Shown in pieces: positions 39,311 through 51,467 of a stretch of DNA of 64,000 nucleotides; positions within the stretch are counted from its first letter, which is position 1, and the number at the start of each line of letters is the position of its first letter. Origin of the DNA: Dehalococcoidia bacterium (GTDB taxonomy: Bacteria; Chloroflexota; Dehalococcoidia; WHTO01); NCBI GenBank assembly GCA_040902555.1, contig JBBDXC010000008.1, positions 34,629 to 98,628 of the forward strand, in the 5' to 3' direction. A program made the translations under genes and the position numbers. The notes beneath the pieces are model-generated. The model was not told the origin of the DNA, did no database searches, and worked only from the letters and a program-made list of their open reading frames with translations.

Positions 39311-39908
39311 CTGTCCCTACTCCCGCGATGTAGACCCACCAGTCTCGATAGTCGCCGGAATCGACGGCGCAGTGCGCAACGCCGATACCGGTTATCCGCG
39401 TATTCAGGATATTGGCGCGGTCAGGGCGTTTGTCGATCCAGGCCGCGAAGGCCCTCTCGGCGGTGGCGTAGCCCCAGGCCAGGTTCTCAACGAGGTCAGC
39501 CCCGGTGTAGCCAGCATCGAGTGCCCGCTGGGTCCAGTCCCGCCCGTCGGGGCCGACGTGGTCGCGCCACTGCAGAGGGGCGATCTCGCCGCAGTATTCA
39601 CTGGCCGCCGTCGACAGTACTGGCTCGACATAGACCGGCAGCAGCCCCGTCTCGACCCGGAGGTCGTTGATCAATCGCACCATTGTCTCTGGTGCCGGAT
39701 CGGGCTCGTCGGCGGCAAGGCCAAGCGTTTGATCCGCGGCCCCGGCGTCCACCGTGGCCTCGATCCGGTCGGCCTCGGTCAGCACAGGCCCCGGCGCCGA
39801 GGCTGCATCGTTTGGCTCACCGCCGAAGTGGTCCACGGCCAGGAAAACGGCAAACGCCAGCTCGGCGACGAGGACAATGGCGAGCACACGAATGATGAGA
39901 CGCTTCAT
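39303..39908 (-). CDS. CAP/SCP domain protein with N-terminal TM anchor
   Basis: LINDLR, HVGPDG, ENLAWG, IGVAH. Confidence 0.85.
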   Translation of the reverse strand: MKRLIIRVLAIVLVAELAFAVFLAVDHFGGEPNDAASAPGPVLTEADRIEATVDAGAADQTLGLAADEPDPAPETMVRLINDLRVETGLLPVYVEPVLSTAASEYCGEIAPLQWRDHVGPDGRDWTQRALDAGYTGADLVENLAWGYATAERAFAAWIDKRPDRANILNTRITGIGVAHCAVDSGDYRDWWVYIAGVGTDE

Positions 39909-39911
39909 GGT

Positions 39912-40868
39912 TTAGCGCTGTGCGACAGGCTCCCGCAGCCCGCGCGAAAGCTCGCGGGCCGCGCTCCGCGGGTCGGTCTCTCGTCCGGCCACGCGGCTCA
40001 CAGTGTCTTCCAGGTTTTCCTGGCCGCCGGAGCGGGCGATCGCCTCGCGCAGCAGCTCGTCCTTGAGGATGTTCTCTATCTGGTGGCGGGCCTGCCGGCG
40101 GCGCAGGTTTGCCATCTCGCCGCTCTGCTGGAGATAGGAGCGGTGCTGGGCCAGGGCCGCGGCCAGCTCGTCGATGCCTTTCCCAGTCCGACCCTCGACC
40201 TTGACGACCGGCACCTTCCACTCCCGGGCTGGCCCCATCGAGAGCAGCGCGGCCAGCTGGGCTGCCAGCGTGTCGGCACCCGGCAGGTCGGCCTTGTTGA
40301 CGGCCAGGACGTCGGCCACCTCGAGGATTCCCGCCTTCATGGCCTGGATGTCGTCGCCGGTCGCCGGCGTGTTGATGACCACCGTGGTGTCGGCCAGCCC
40401 CGCGATCTCGACTTCATCCTGGCCGGCGCCGACCGTCTCGACGATCACGATCTCCTTGCCGAAGGCGTCCAGCACCAGGGCCGCCTCGAAGGTGGTCGCC
40501 GCCAACCCGCCTATCGCCCCGCGCGTCGCCATGCTGCGGATGAACACGCCCGGGTCCGACCAGTGCTCCAGCATGCGGATGCGGTCGCCCAGCACTGCGC
40601 CATGAGTGAACGGGCTGCTCGGGTCCACGGCGATGATCCCAACCGGGATGTCCTGCTTGCGGTAGAAAGCCGTCAGGGCGTTGGTCAGGGTGCTCTTGCC
40701 CGAGCCGGCAGGCCCGGTGATGCCGATGACGTGCGCCCGACCCGTATGGCGGTAGAGGGCTTTGAGCAGCCTATCGCCCTCGGCGCCGCCATTCTCAACC
40801 CTCGTCAGGGCCTGGGCCAATGCCCGACGGTCGCCCTCCAGCACGCGCGCTGCGAGGTCTTCGCTCAA
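39912..40868 (-). CDS. meaB: Methylmalonyl-CoA mutase-associated GTPase MeaB/ArgK
   Basis: [50 protein letters not shown]. Confidence 0.96.
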   Translation of the reverse strand: MSEDLAARVLEGDRRALAQALTRVENGGAEGDRLLKALYRHTGRAHVIGITGPAGSGKSTLTNALTAFYRKQDIPVGIIAVDPSSPFTHGAVLGDRIRMLEHWSDPGVFIRSMATRGAIGGLAATTFEAALVLDAFGKEIVIVETVGAGQDEVEIAGLADTTVVINTPATGDDIQAMKAGILEVADVLAVNKADLPGADTLAAQLAALLSMGPAREWKVPVVKVEGRTGKGIDELAAALAQHRSYLQQSGEMANLRRRQARHQIENILKDELLREAIARSGGQENLEDTVSRVAGRETDPRSAARELSRGLREPVAQR

Positions 40869-41281
40869 GCAGTCCCCACGCCCGCGTTCTGGCGCACGAA
40901 CTCGATGATGTCCTCGGTTGAGGACCCGGGCCCGAAGATCGCCTTGAAGCCCAGCTTCTTCAGCTCGACGATGTCGTCGCCGGGGATGATGCCCCCGCCG
41001 AAGAGCAGTACGTCGTCGGGACCAATGCCGCGGTTCTTGAGCTCGGTCACCACGCGGGGGAAGAGCTCCATGTGCGCGCCCGACAGGATCGAGAGGCCCA
41101 CAACCCCCACGTCCTCCTGCAGCGCGGCCTCGGCGATCATCTCCGGCGTCTGGCGGATCCCGGTGTAGATGACCTCCATGCCGGCGTCGCGCAGGGCGCG
41201 GGCCACCACCTTCGCGCCGCGGTCGTGGCCATCGAGGCCCGGCTTGGCGACGAGTACTCGGATTTTGCCTTCGTCGTTCAT
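40865..41281 (-). CDS. Methylmalonyl-CoA mutase C-terminal cobalamin-binding subunit
   Basis: [12 protein letters not shown] (DxHxxG), [15 protein letters not shown]. Confidence 0.95.
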   Translation of the reverse strand: MNDEGKIRVLVAKPGLDGHDRGAKVVARALRDAGMEVIYTGIRQTPEMIAEAALQEDVGVVGLSILSGAHMELFPRVVTELKNRGIGPDDVLLFGGGIIPGDDIVELKKLGFKAIFGPGSSTEDIIEFVRQNAGVGTA

Positions 41282-41353
41282 TTCTGCCTCGTCATTCTGA
41301 AGCTGGGGCGGGGGCCGATTCCTGATTAATCATAGGTAGCCGGGAACTGACGC

Positions 41354-41770
41354 TCAGCCCGGCTCATGCTCCGCGGCCAGCGGCTGCGCGTATTCGATCA
41401 GCACGCCGTTGTTGGCGCGGGGATGCATGAAGCATATACGTCCAGCCACGCCAATACGTGGCTCCTTGTCGATCAGCTCCACGCCGCCGGCGTTCAGCCG
41501 GCCCATCTCACCCTCGATGTCGTCGGTGAGAAAGCAGACGTGGTGCAGGCCGCCCTGCTTCTCGAGGAAGCGCGCCACGCCGGTATCCGGCCTGACCGGC
41601 TCGAGGAGCTCCAGCTCGTTGTCGCCCAGGCGCAGCAGCACCGCCCGTACCCCCTGGTCCTCGACGACCTGATCGAGCGTGACCTCGAGCCCGAGGGTAT
41701 CCCTGTAGAAAGGCAGAGCCTCGTCAATCGTGCGGACGACGATACCGACGTGATGAATGCGCTTGATCAA
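41354..41770 (-). CDS. mce: Methylmalonyl-CoA epimerase (VOC family)
   Basis: TTG 41770 with GAGGTG RBS; IHHVGIVV, LELLEP, GGLHHVCF, FMHPRANNGVLIE. Confidence 0.92.
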   Translation of the reverse strand: MIKRIHHVGIVVRTIDEALPFYRDTLGLEVTLDQVVEDQGVRAVLLRLGDNELELLEPVRPDTGVARFLEKQGGLHHVCFLTDDIEGEMGRLNAGGVELIDKEPRIGVAGRICFMHPRANNGVLIEYAQPLAAEHEPG

Positions 41771-41980
41771 TGAGTCACCTCGAAGAAGAGGATGGGCGAT
41801 CCAGCGCCCAGCGGCGACCGGACGCCACCCATCCCAGACATCACGCGCGCCTAGCCGCAACGGTTCGAGAGACGCGCCCCCCGCCACCATTCAACCTCAC
41901 CCTGCCCTCTCTTTGCCCCCCGGCGGATTCGCAAACCGCGCGGGGACCCCGAGAGGGTTTTTGGGTTGAAGAGCAAAGGG

Positions 41981-42011
41981 TTGACGTTGGGTTGCCAAAA
42001 AGGTGCATAAT
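41981..42011 (+). promoter_or_regulatory. Possible sigma70-type promoter for the tRNA-Ser pair
   Basis: TTGACG at 41981 and CATAAT at 42006 (19-nt spacer, suboptimal). Confidence 0.4.
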
Positions 42012-42130
42012 TGCGCTGCGGGCTTGCCCGTGGCCGGAACTGGTGACTACTCGCACCTCGTACCCAGTTCCGGCCTCATTGCGTCTGCCCCTGGGGCCGG
42101 CTGCCGGCTCACGTTGCTATATTGGTGAGC

Positions 42131-42220
<90 letters not shown>

Positions 42221-42269
42221 CGCAACCCTCTTCCCGCCCGGGTAGTCCGCGGCGGCCGGCGCCACACAC

Positions 42270-42360
<91 letters not shown>

Positions 42361-42396
42361 CACTAGGTGGCAAGCGCGACGGATCGCTACCGGGGC

Positions 42397-42807
42397 CTAG
42401 GTGTCGTGCTTGTCCTTGTCCAGGTCTCGCCCCTCGCGCATCGCGAGGTACTCTGCCCGGGCCTCGATGACCCCCTCGTCGTAGCCTTCACGCGCGGCCT
42501 CGCGCGCGTCCCGGATGCGCTCCTTGACCGAGTCCAGTACGCCCCTGGGCGCCGAGGTCGCGCTCTCCAACGTGGAGGAGGCTGAGTCCCTGGCGTGGGT
42601 AACAGCGTCGGCGGCCTGCGCTTTGACCTGATCGACGAGCCGGGCGCCCGCGAGCGTCTGGTCGCGTCGTTTGAGGGCATCTGCGAGCGTCTTGCGTCCC
42701 GAAGGCTCTTGCATCTCCGCCCGGCCGCCTCGCCTCTGAATCAGCGGGCCCGCCAGCCACGTTGCCCCGATGCCCACGGCAAAGCCCACAAGCGCGCCGA
42801 AGATCAC
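42397..42807 (-). CDS. YtxH-like protein (TM helix plus helical tail)
   Basis: FGALVGFAVGIGATWLAGP followed by a charged helical region; downstream of the DUF948-like gene. Confidence 0.6.
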   Translation of the reverse strand: MIFGALVGFAVGIGATWLAGPLIQRRGGRAEMQEPSGRKTLADALKRRDQTLAGARLVDQVKAQAADAVTHARDSASSTLESATSAPRGVLDSVKERIRDAREAAREGYDEGVIEARAEYLAMREGRDLDKDKHDT

Positions 42808-43121
42808 GTCTTCCCCCTGTTCCGCACCATCCCCAGGACGCGCCGCGCCCCCATGGCCAGCGTGAACGCCCTGGCCGCGTTGCCCCCGGCGGCGGCAGCC
42901 CCAACGGACGTCGCCATGCCGGCGGCGCCGCGCACCGAGTTAACGCTGTCGCGCACGGCGTGGAGCGTCGGCTTCACCTCGTCGTTGACGAGGCCCTTGA
43001 TGTCGCCGATGAAGCCCTTAACCGAGAGGGCGATCAGGAGGAGGGAAAAAATCAGGATCGCGAAGAAGACTATCCCGAAGACAGACACAAGGATGATCAG
43101 GATGTCTCGCGCGTCGTCCAT
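42804..43121 (-). CDS. DUF948/YtxG-like membrane protein
   Basis: Long N-terminal TM helix followed by an amphipathic helix (IKGLVNDEVKPTLHAVRDSVNSVRG). Confidence 0.6.
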   Translation of the reverse strand: MDDARDILIILVSVFGIVFFAILIFSLLLIALSVKGFIGDIKGLVNDEVKPTLHAVRDSVNSVRGAAGMATSVGAAAAGGNAARAFTLAMGARRVLGMVRNRGKT

Positions 43122-43163
43122 ATATCCCCCGAATCAGCAGTATACGCCCGCGTCGGCGCGATC

Positions 43164-43769
43164 TCAGGATAAGGCGCGCGGCAGCACAATCAGCCGCCAG
43201 GCCACGGTGAACAGACAGAGGGCGGCAATGACCCAGAGGGCGAAGTAGGCCAGGCCGACCACGGCGGCGATCGCCGCTATGAATAGCCGCACGTCCCGCG
43301 AAGCCAGCCCGAACAGCAGGTCGGAGGCTTGAGCAGTCGTGCTGGCCTCGATCCTGGCTCGCGAGTAGCTCACCAGAAGCGCCCCCACCACCGCCAGGAA
43401 CCCCGCCACCGGCGCCAGGTCCCAGCCCTCATGCTCTACCGCCCACAGCGTCATCCCCGAGAAGATCAGCACGTCGGCCCAGCGATCGAGGGCCGAATCT
43501 AAGACCCCACCAAACACGGACGTCATCTTCTTGGCGCGGGCCAGGTCCCCATCCACGCCATCGACCACGGACGAAAGGTGGATCACCAGACCGGCTGCGA
43601 TGTTCCAGCCCAGGGCAAAGAGCCCGAACGCCGCGCCTGCCAGCGCCAGCGCCGCCAGCGAGACCTGGTTGGGCGTGAGGAAGGTCCCGGCGAGGAGGCG
43701 CGCCGTGGGGCGCGACAGCGGCCTGTTCAGATAGCGGGAGACCGGCCCTTCATAGGACTGGTTGGGCAC
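43164..43769 (-). CDS. CDP-alcohol phosphotransferase, DIPPS-like
   Basis: GPVSRYLNRPLSRP, TPNQVS, DGVDGDLARAKKMTSVFGGVLDSALDRWAD, SYSRAR, SRDVR. Confidence 0.9.
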   Translation of the reverse strand: MPNQSYEGPVSRYLNRPLSRPTARLLAGTFLTPNQVSLAALALAGAAFGLFALGWNIAAGLVIHLSSVVDGVDGDLARAKKMTSVFGGVLDSALDRWADVLIFSGMTLWAVEHEGWDLAPVAGFLAVVGALLVSYSRARIEASTTAQASDLLFGLASRDVRLFIAAIAAVVGLAYFALWVIAALCLFTVAWRLIVLPRALS

Positions 43770-44469
43770 CCGCCGCCCCCATCGTCTGCGCCAGGTTGTA
43801 GTCGGCCAGCGTGTCCACGTCCATCCAGAAGGCGCCGCTGATGTCCACGGCGCGCAGGGCGCTGCCGAGGGCGACGTGGCGCTGCAGGATGGCGCTCAGC
43901 TGGCTGTCGTCAGGCAGGTCATCCATGGCCTCGAAGACGCGTGGCGTCAGGTGGAAGGCGCCGGCGTCGAGGCCGCTCCATGGGTCGAGGTCCTTACGGA
44001 TGGCGACGACGTAGTTCTCCTCGTTGACCAGGACGCGCGTCGCCTCGGCGATGCAGTCGAGGTCCTTGGGGCTGTAGTCCACGGCCACGGCGTCCTGGCC
44101 CAGGGCGCCGCGGGCCAGCCGGTCGAGCAGCTCGGAGCTCAGCATGTGGTCGGCCATCGTCAGGATGAACGAGTCGTTGCCGATGGCCCGCCGGGCGCGG
44201 CGGAGGGAATAGCCGTTGGCCCGGTGGTAGTCCGGGTTGTGGGCGAAGGTGAACCTGACGTCGCGCCGGCGCTCGCGCAGGTCGCCTTCGAGCGTCTCGG
44301 CCAGGTAGCCGCTGACGACGATTATCTCGTCAACGCCGGCCTCGAGCATGCTGTCGATCGTGTAGTCGACCAGAGGGCGGCCGGCGATATCGAGCAGGGC
44401 CTTGGGCACGTTGGCCGTCAGGCCGCCAAGTCTGCTGCCATTGCCGGCGGCGAGGATTACACCCTTCAA
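43750..44469 (-). CDS. NTP transferase, IPCT / phosphocholine cytidylyltransferase-like
   Basis: GVILAAGNGSRL, VPKALL, NGYSL, MADH, LDAGAF, WMDVDT. Confidence 0.9.
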   Translation of the reverse strand: MKGVILAAGNGSRLGGLTANVPKALLDIAGRPLVDYTIDSMLEAGVDEIIVVSGYLAETLEGDLRERRRDVRFTFAHNPDYHRANGYSLRRARRAIGNDSFILTMADHMLSSELLDRLARGALGQDAVAVDYSPKDLDCIAEATRVLVNEENYVVAIRKDLDPWSGLDAGAFHLTPRVFEAMDDLPDDSQLSAILQRHVALGSALRAVDISGAFWMDVDTLADYNLAQTMGAAGAQPVL

Positions 44470-44572
44470 TCAGTACCTACCTCTCCCTCCATCCCTCTCG
44501 GGGTCCCCGTGCGGTTCAAAATCCGCCGGGGGTCAAGGAGAGGGAATGAATTCGGATTTCAGCGGCCGAAGG

Positions 44573-44605
44573 GCAACAAAACGGCCAGAGGCTAACCCCC
44601 TGGCC
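44573..44605 (-). terminator. Intrinsic terminator, expression platform of the riboswitch
   Basis: Minus strand GGCCAGGGG-GTTAG-CCTCTGGCC followed by GTTTTGTT. Confidence 0.7.
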
Positions 44606-44629
44606 TTGCCAGCGCTAGTCCTCTTCCCA

Positions 44630-44775
44630 TATTGCCTGCGAGGTTAGCTGTCGGGTTCGGCGCGGGAAGAAAATCTCGTTACGCCTACGTCTTCGGAAGA
44701 AGGACGATTCACCCCATCCAGATGGGTCCCCCGCTCTTACCGCCGGCCTGCGCCGGCGGATCGATTCGGCTGCTG
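44630..44775 (-). ncRNA. c-di-AMP (ydaO/yuaA) riboswitch
   Basis: Minus strand GCCGAATC...AGAGCGGGGGACCCATC..GATGGGGTGAATC...GTAGG...CCGAACCCGACAGCTAACCTCGCAGGC matches the conserved ydaO blocks in order. Confidence 0.93.
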
Positions 44776-44797
44776 ATGTGTCCCAGGTTCCCGCTGG

Positions 44798-44827
44798 AAG
44801 ATATGCGTCCAGCATGAGCCCTGTCAA
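44798..44827 (-). promoter_or_regulatory. sigma70-type promoter upstream of the riboswitch
   Basis: TTGACA (44827-44822), 18-nt spacer, TATCTT (44803-44798). Confidence 0.65.
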
Positions 44828-44853
44828 CAAGCCAAACGTCGCGGGTCACGCCC

Positions 44854-44980
44854 CGGTTCCCCGCCGCGGGTGGTTCGCTCTGTAGGCTTCCCCGCGCGGG
44901 AGCCCTGACGTCAAGCCTGGATGCCTCGGTTCCCCGCCGCGGGTGGTTCGCCCCTGTAGGGGCGCATCGCAATGCGCCCT
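44854..44980 (+). repeat. 33-bp direct repeat pair ending in a GTAG-REP hairpin
   Basis: CGGTTCCCCGCCGCGGGTGGTTCGCYC at 44854 and 44927; GTAGGGGCGCATCGCAATGCGCCCT at 44956. Confidence 0.75.
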
Positions 44981-45280
44981 CCTGTCGACTTGTTTACCGT
45001 CAAGGTAGGCCCGTTCGCCGTCGGCTAGCCCCCGTCGGGCCCCAGGTTCAGGCATGTGATCCGCAGCTCGACAAAAAGAGCGTTGGGCGGGTTCTGCCAC
45101 GAGATCCTCGCCGTACCCAGGTCGATCGCCCACGCGGCGCGCAGCTTCGCGGCGGGCGTCAACCCTCCATACCCGATCGCGGTTACGATATCGCCGGCGA
45201 CGCAAGACAGGGGTGAAGCTGGGATGCCCCCCGCTCGACTGTACGGAGAGTGAGTAAGTGTCCTTCTGCGAGCACAGCGC

Positions 45281-45421
45281 CTAAGACGGGGAGCTGGTCA
45301 CAGCCTCCGCGCCATCGCTGGCCTCGCTTACAACCTCAATCTCGTCGTCGAGGGCTAGAAACATGCGCAGGCCCTGGCGGACGACGCTGTGGTCGTCGGC
45401 GAGCAGCACGCGTATCGGCAT
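45281..45421 (-). pseudogene. Truncated NarL-family response regulator (first 46 codons of the receiver domain)
   Basis: MPIRVLLADDHSVVRQGLRMFLALDDEIEVVSEASDGAEAV then an early stop; RBS present. Confidence 0.85.
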
Positions 45422-45654
45422 AGCTGGATGCTACCTCTCACTGGGTCGGCATCCGCGCCCTTAACACCTGTAGGGCGCTCCTAACCAACGCTCGCCTTGT
45501 CGCGGAGATGGGAACGGCGCTAGCCACGCGCGTGCGGAGGCTGGACGGAGCTGGCATTCATCTCGGATGCGCCGAGTTCAGTACCCCCATTTGCGAGCAC
45601 AGACGTCCGGAGCGGACGACAGTTTTTGTCGTCCGAACGTGTTTCACTTCAAAC

Positions 45655-46947
45655 ATGAGCGGGTTCTCTCGACTCCACGTCCGCAGCGTCGAAGCTAACC
45701 GAACCATCAAGGACGAGCTTCAAGCGGCCGTTGTCCGCGTCAGTCAGCGAAAGAACATTACCGTCACCGATCTAGTCAATCCTCGTCAGGCCTTCTTTCG
45801 CCGCCGGCACCCGGACATAAGCCCCTCCCTCGATCGCGTTCAGGTAATGTGGGCGGGTTCGGGCTTTCACGAACAATTTGGGAAGGCTGCATCAAGCGAG
45901 GAGTACGTAGAGCAGTACATCGAATGGGAGAGCATCGTCGGCAAAATCGACATCTATGAAGAAGTCCCAGCGGAACTGAAAACGACTTCGGTTCACCCGC
46001 TTGACCTTCACCAACGGCCCTCTTGGATTGACCAGCTGGGGATGTATTGCGCCATGACCGACAACGATAGGGGCAACCTGCTGGTCTATCAGCGGGCGGA
46101 GTTCGGGAGGACGCCATCCCTCAGGGCCTATGACGTCACCTTTCTTGATATTCCCGGAATCCAAACCGATTTGCGTTTGGTTCGCGATCTTTTCGTAAAT
46201 GCCTTGGAGAACGACGATCCTGGCCTGCTGGATCGTTGCGAATGGTCCGGCCGGTGTGATTACGGTGCCGTCTGTGGCTGCGCCCAGCTGCCGGAGGCAT
46301 CAGCGCTCGTCGGGCGCGCCCGCTGCGCTATCGCGGAGAACACGGAACTTGCAAGTCGACTGAGCTCGTTGCTTGGCGAGCAGCCTGCGCCGCCGGGGTG
46401 GCGATTGACCGATCTCGTATTTCCTCGGAAAGCACTGCTCGAGCGCACCACCTCAAAATCGCAGAGTGAACGGGAGCAGGAGGACGAATTCAAGTCAATG
46501 CAGCGACAGGGCTTCCAGCAGGCATTGTTGCAATCTCTCTACTACGGAGTGCGGGGAGCCTTCCGAGGGCAGCCGATCGCGCTGGGGGACCTGAGCGGCG
46601 TGGTCCGCCTGTTCCGGGATGCACCCACGCTGTTCCGGGTTAGCCACTTTAAGGAGATGGTTGAACGGCATCGGCTGGCAGAGGCAATGCCCCATTATCT
46701 CGATCGCCTAGCATTCGAATGCGCTCTTACTGACCTCGACAAGGGACGCATCGTGATCCATCTCGACCGACTTGCCGGGGCCAAGTTCATGGTCTACGAC
46801 GTTGGTTTCCGGGATCTCCCCGGTATCAAGATTGAAGCAGAACGCCGACTCGCGCTGTTGCAGAGTGGATCGATCGACGGTCTCCCGAAATGTCCGTCGT
46901 GGATGGCGCGCTATTGCTCGTTTGCTCCAAAGTGTGGTTGTTCTTAA
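45655..46947 (+). CDS. Tandem-duplicated Cas4-like PD-(D/E)XK nuclease (solo, no CRISPR)
   Basis: Domain 1: GSGFH, GKID, ELKT, DQLGMY, CEWSGRCDYGAVCGC. Domain 2 is a degenerate copy ending CPSWMARYCSFAPKCGC. Confidence 0.8.
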   Translation: MSGFSRLHVRSVEANRTIKDELQAAVVRVSQRKNITVTDLVNPRQAFFRRRHPDISPSLDRVQVMWAGSGFHEQFGKAASSEEYVEQYIEWESIVGKIDIYEEVPAELKTTSVHPLDLHQRPSWIDQLGMYCAMTDNDRGNLLVYQRAEFGRTPSLRAYDVTFLDIPGIQTDLRLVRDLFVNALENDDPGLLDRCEWSGRCDYGAVCGCAQLPEASALVGRARCAIAENTELASRLSSLLGEQPAPPGWRLTDLVFPRKALLERTTSKSQSEREQEDEFKSMQRQGFQQALLQSLYYGVRGAFRGQPIALGDLSGVVRLFRDAPTLFRVSHFKEMVERHRLAEAMPHYLDRLAFECALTDLDKGRIVIHLDRLAGAKFMVYDVGFRDLPGIKIEAERRLALLQSGSIDGLPKCPSWMARYCSFAPKCGCS

Positions 46948-46982
46948 CTCGACCCCGCGGAGACGCTAACTGGCGCCCGGCT

Positions 46983-47207
46983 CTACTTGAGCTTCCGGTT
47001 TATCTTCTTGATCTCCTGCCGCAATCGGTCGATCGATTTGTCGATCTCTTTCCCGGCGCTTCCGTCGCTCTGGTAGGTGACTCCGCAGGCTGGACAGTTG
47101 GAGTCCCCTCCGTCGAGAAGAGTTCTGCCGGCGATTTGGAAGCTCTGCCCACATCGTAGGCACTCCACCGTCAGTTGCCCTCGCGAGTTCCGTCCTATCT
47201 CACTCAT
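46983..47207 (-). CDS. Small Zn-ribbon protein with C-terminal coiled coil
   Basis: ATG 47207 with GGAGG RBS; CLRC...CPAC; IDRLRQEIKKINRKLK. Confidence 0.75.
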   Translation of the reverse strand: MSEIGRNSRGQLTVECLRCGQSFQIAGRTLLDGGDSNCPACGVTYQSDGSAGKEIDKSIDRLRQEIKKINRKLK

Positions 47208-47281
47208 TCGTCCCTCCGTGAATGGCTTCAAGTGAGGTATATCCGTTCGTGACGACGGTTCCTGTCGCGGCGGCTACAAAC

Positions 47282-50058
<2,777 letters not shown>

Positions 50059-50062
<4 letters not shown>

Positions 50063-50880
50063 CGCTTCCCACAATCTCGCACAGAAGCGCCCTCCCCACC
50101 GGACAGTCTTCGCCGTTTCCCCCCAACCCCACAGTCAATCCTTCTGCCGCCGGATCCAGGATCGGCCAATCTTCCCCTTCCCTCTCCTTGGCAAGGAGAG
50201 GGCCAGCGACAGCGGGGGTGAGGTGGGCGGGGGGCGGGGGGCGCCTTCTCCTCCGGCAGCGGTAGGCCCGCGAACGACCTACGCCTTGGGCTTCTGCCCG
50301 GCCCGTCCCTCCTCCGTCCCCCCAGCTCATCCACCACCCGCCTCACCAGCTCCCACTCCTCCATCGCCTCAGCCACACGCTCCTTGACCTCTCTCCGCGC
50401 GGCCTTGACCTCCTCCTCGGTAGCCCCCACGCGCCCCAGCTTCGCTGCCCAGCGCTGCCAGCCCAGGTACATCCGATACACCTTCTCCTCGTGACCCGTC
50501 AGAGTCACGACTGGCGGCGCCGGCGGGTCCTCCCCGTTCTCCAGGGCGGCCGCCACCGCCCGGATGTGCTCGATCTGCTTCCCTCGCTTCATGACCGCCA
50601 CGATCAGCACCGCCCGCTCCGTCCGCGACCAGCGCATCGCCGTCCGGAACTCCTCCTCCGGCGATACAGCGTACGCCGGGGCCTTCGCCAGGGCGCGCGC
50701 TACGCGTTTCGCCTCGCTCAAGCGCCGGCTTCGCCGCCCATGCTTCACAGCGTTCATGTTTCCCGCCGGCGCCCCGCGCTTCGGCCGGTCCTCCGGGCGC
50801 AGCAACTTGCTGAATTCCCGGATCATGCCCTCATAGCCCAGGGGCTGTCCTTCGCCGTCGTCTGTTTCTTCTTCGTCCAC
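50059..50880 (-). CDS. Hypothetical protein with GAPxGNxNAxKHG motif, ATGA-coupled to the R-M gene
   Basis: RGAPAGNMNAVKHGRRSRR; the C-terminus reads through a repeat element. Confidence 0.55.
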
Positions 50881-50991
50881 AACACCCTCCCGCCTTCGAC
50901 AGCGACATGGTGGTCCGTCTCCACGTCATTTCCAGTCGCCCGCCAACGCTGGACTAATAAGAACAAAGGTCCTAATATCTATGTCCGTCTC

Positions 50992-51219
50992 ATGCCTCGC
51001 CCTCTAACCGCCTCAGCCCTCGCCCTCGCCCGCGTTGTCTCCCCCGCCGACTTCCCGCGCGAGGAGGATCAACAGAGCGACGAGGATTACCAGGCGCTGC
51101 GCGCCTTCATCCTCGGGCGCATCGCCGATTTCGAGGTCCAAGCCAGCACGCAAACGCTCCCCACACCATACAAACCGGCTGCGCCCCCAGACTTGGAGTT
51201 ACAAACAAATGCCGATTAG
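50992..51219 (+). CDS. Possible small hypothetical protein
   Basis: Open frame with protein-like composition; weak RBS. Confidence 0.35.
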   Translation: MPRPLTASALALARVVSPADFPREEDQQSDEDYQALRAFILGRIADFEVQASTQTLPTPYKPAAPPDLELQTNAD

Positions 51220-51433
51220 CCAACCATCAAACCAACAAAGCCACGCCCAACAATTCGTCGACTGCCTTCCCCTCTCTGTTTACGGAGAGGGGCCAGGGGT
51301 GAGGTCGGTGGGGCGGTGGGGCATCCGCTACCTGACGCCGACAGCCCGCCAAGACGAATCGGCCTCTATTTCCATCCCCTTGGCAAGGGGAGGGCCAGCG
51401 ACAGCGGGGGTGAGGTCGTGTGAGGGCAAGCTC

Positions 51434-51463
51434 TTGCACCCCAAGATGGCCTTTCCGTAACAT
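51434..51463 (+). promoter_or_regulatory. sigmaA-type promoter of groESL
   Basis: TTGCAC, 18-nt spacer, TAACAT, immediately upstream of CIRCE. Confidence 0.65.
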
Positions 51464-51467
51464 CGAA

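Noticed and set aside
38292-41168. 958-aa + strand ORF and other long antisense ORFs (7463-8842, 51483-53228, 53563-54873, 29973-31082)
   Set aside because: Shadow ORFs opposite well-supported genes, caused by high GC; no motifs.
42012-42130. SRP RNA (ffs) next to tRNA-Ser
   Set aside because: No helix-8 CAGG..GGAA..AGCAG motif on either strand.
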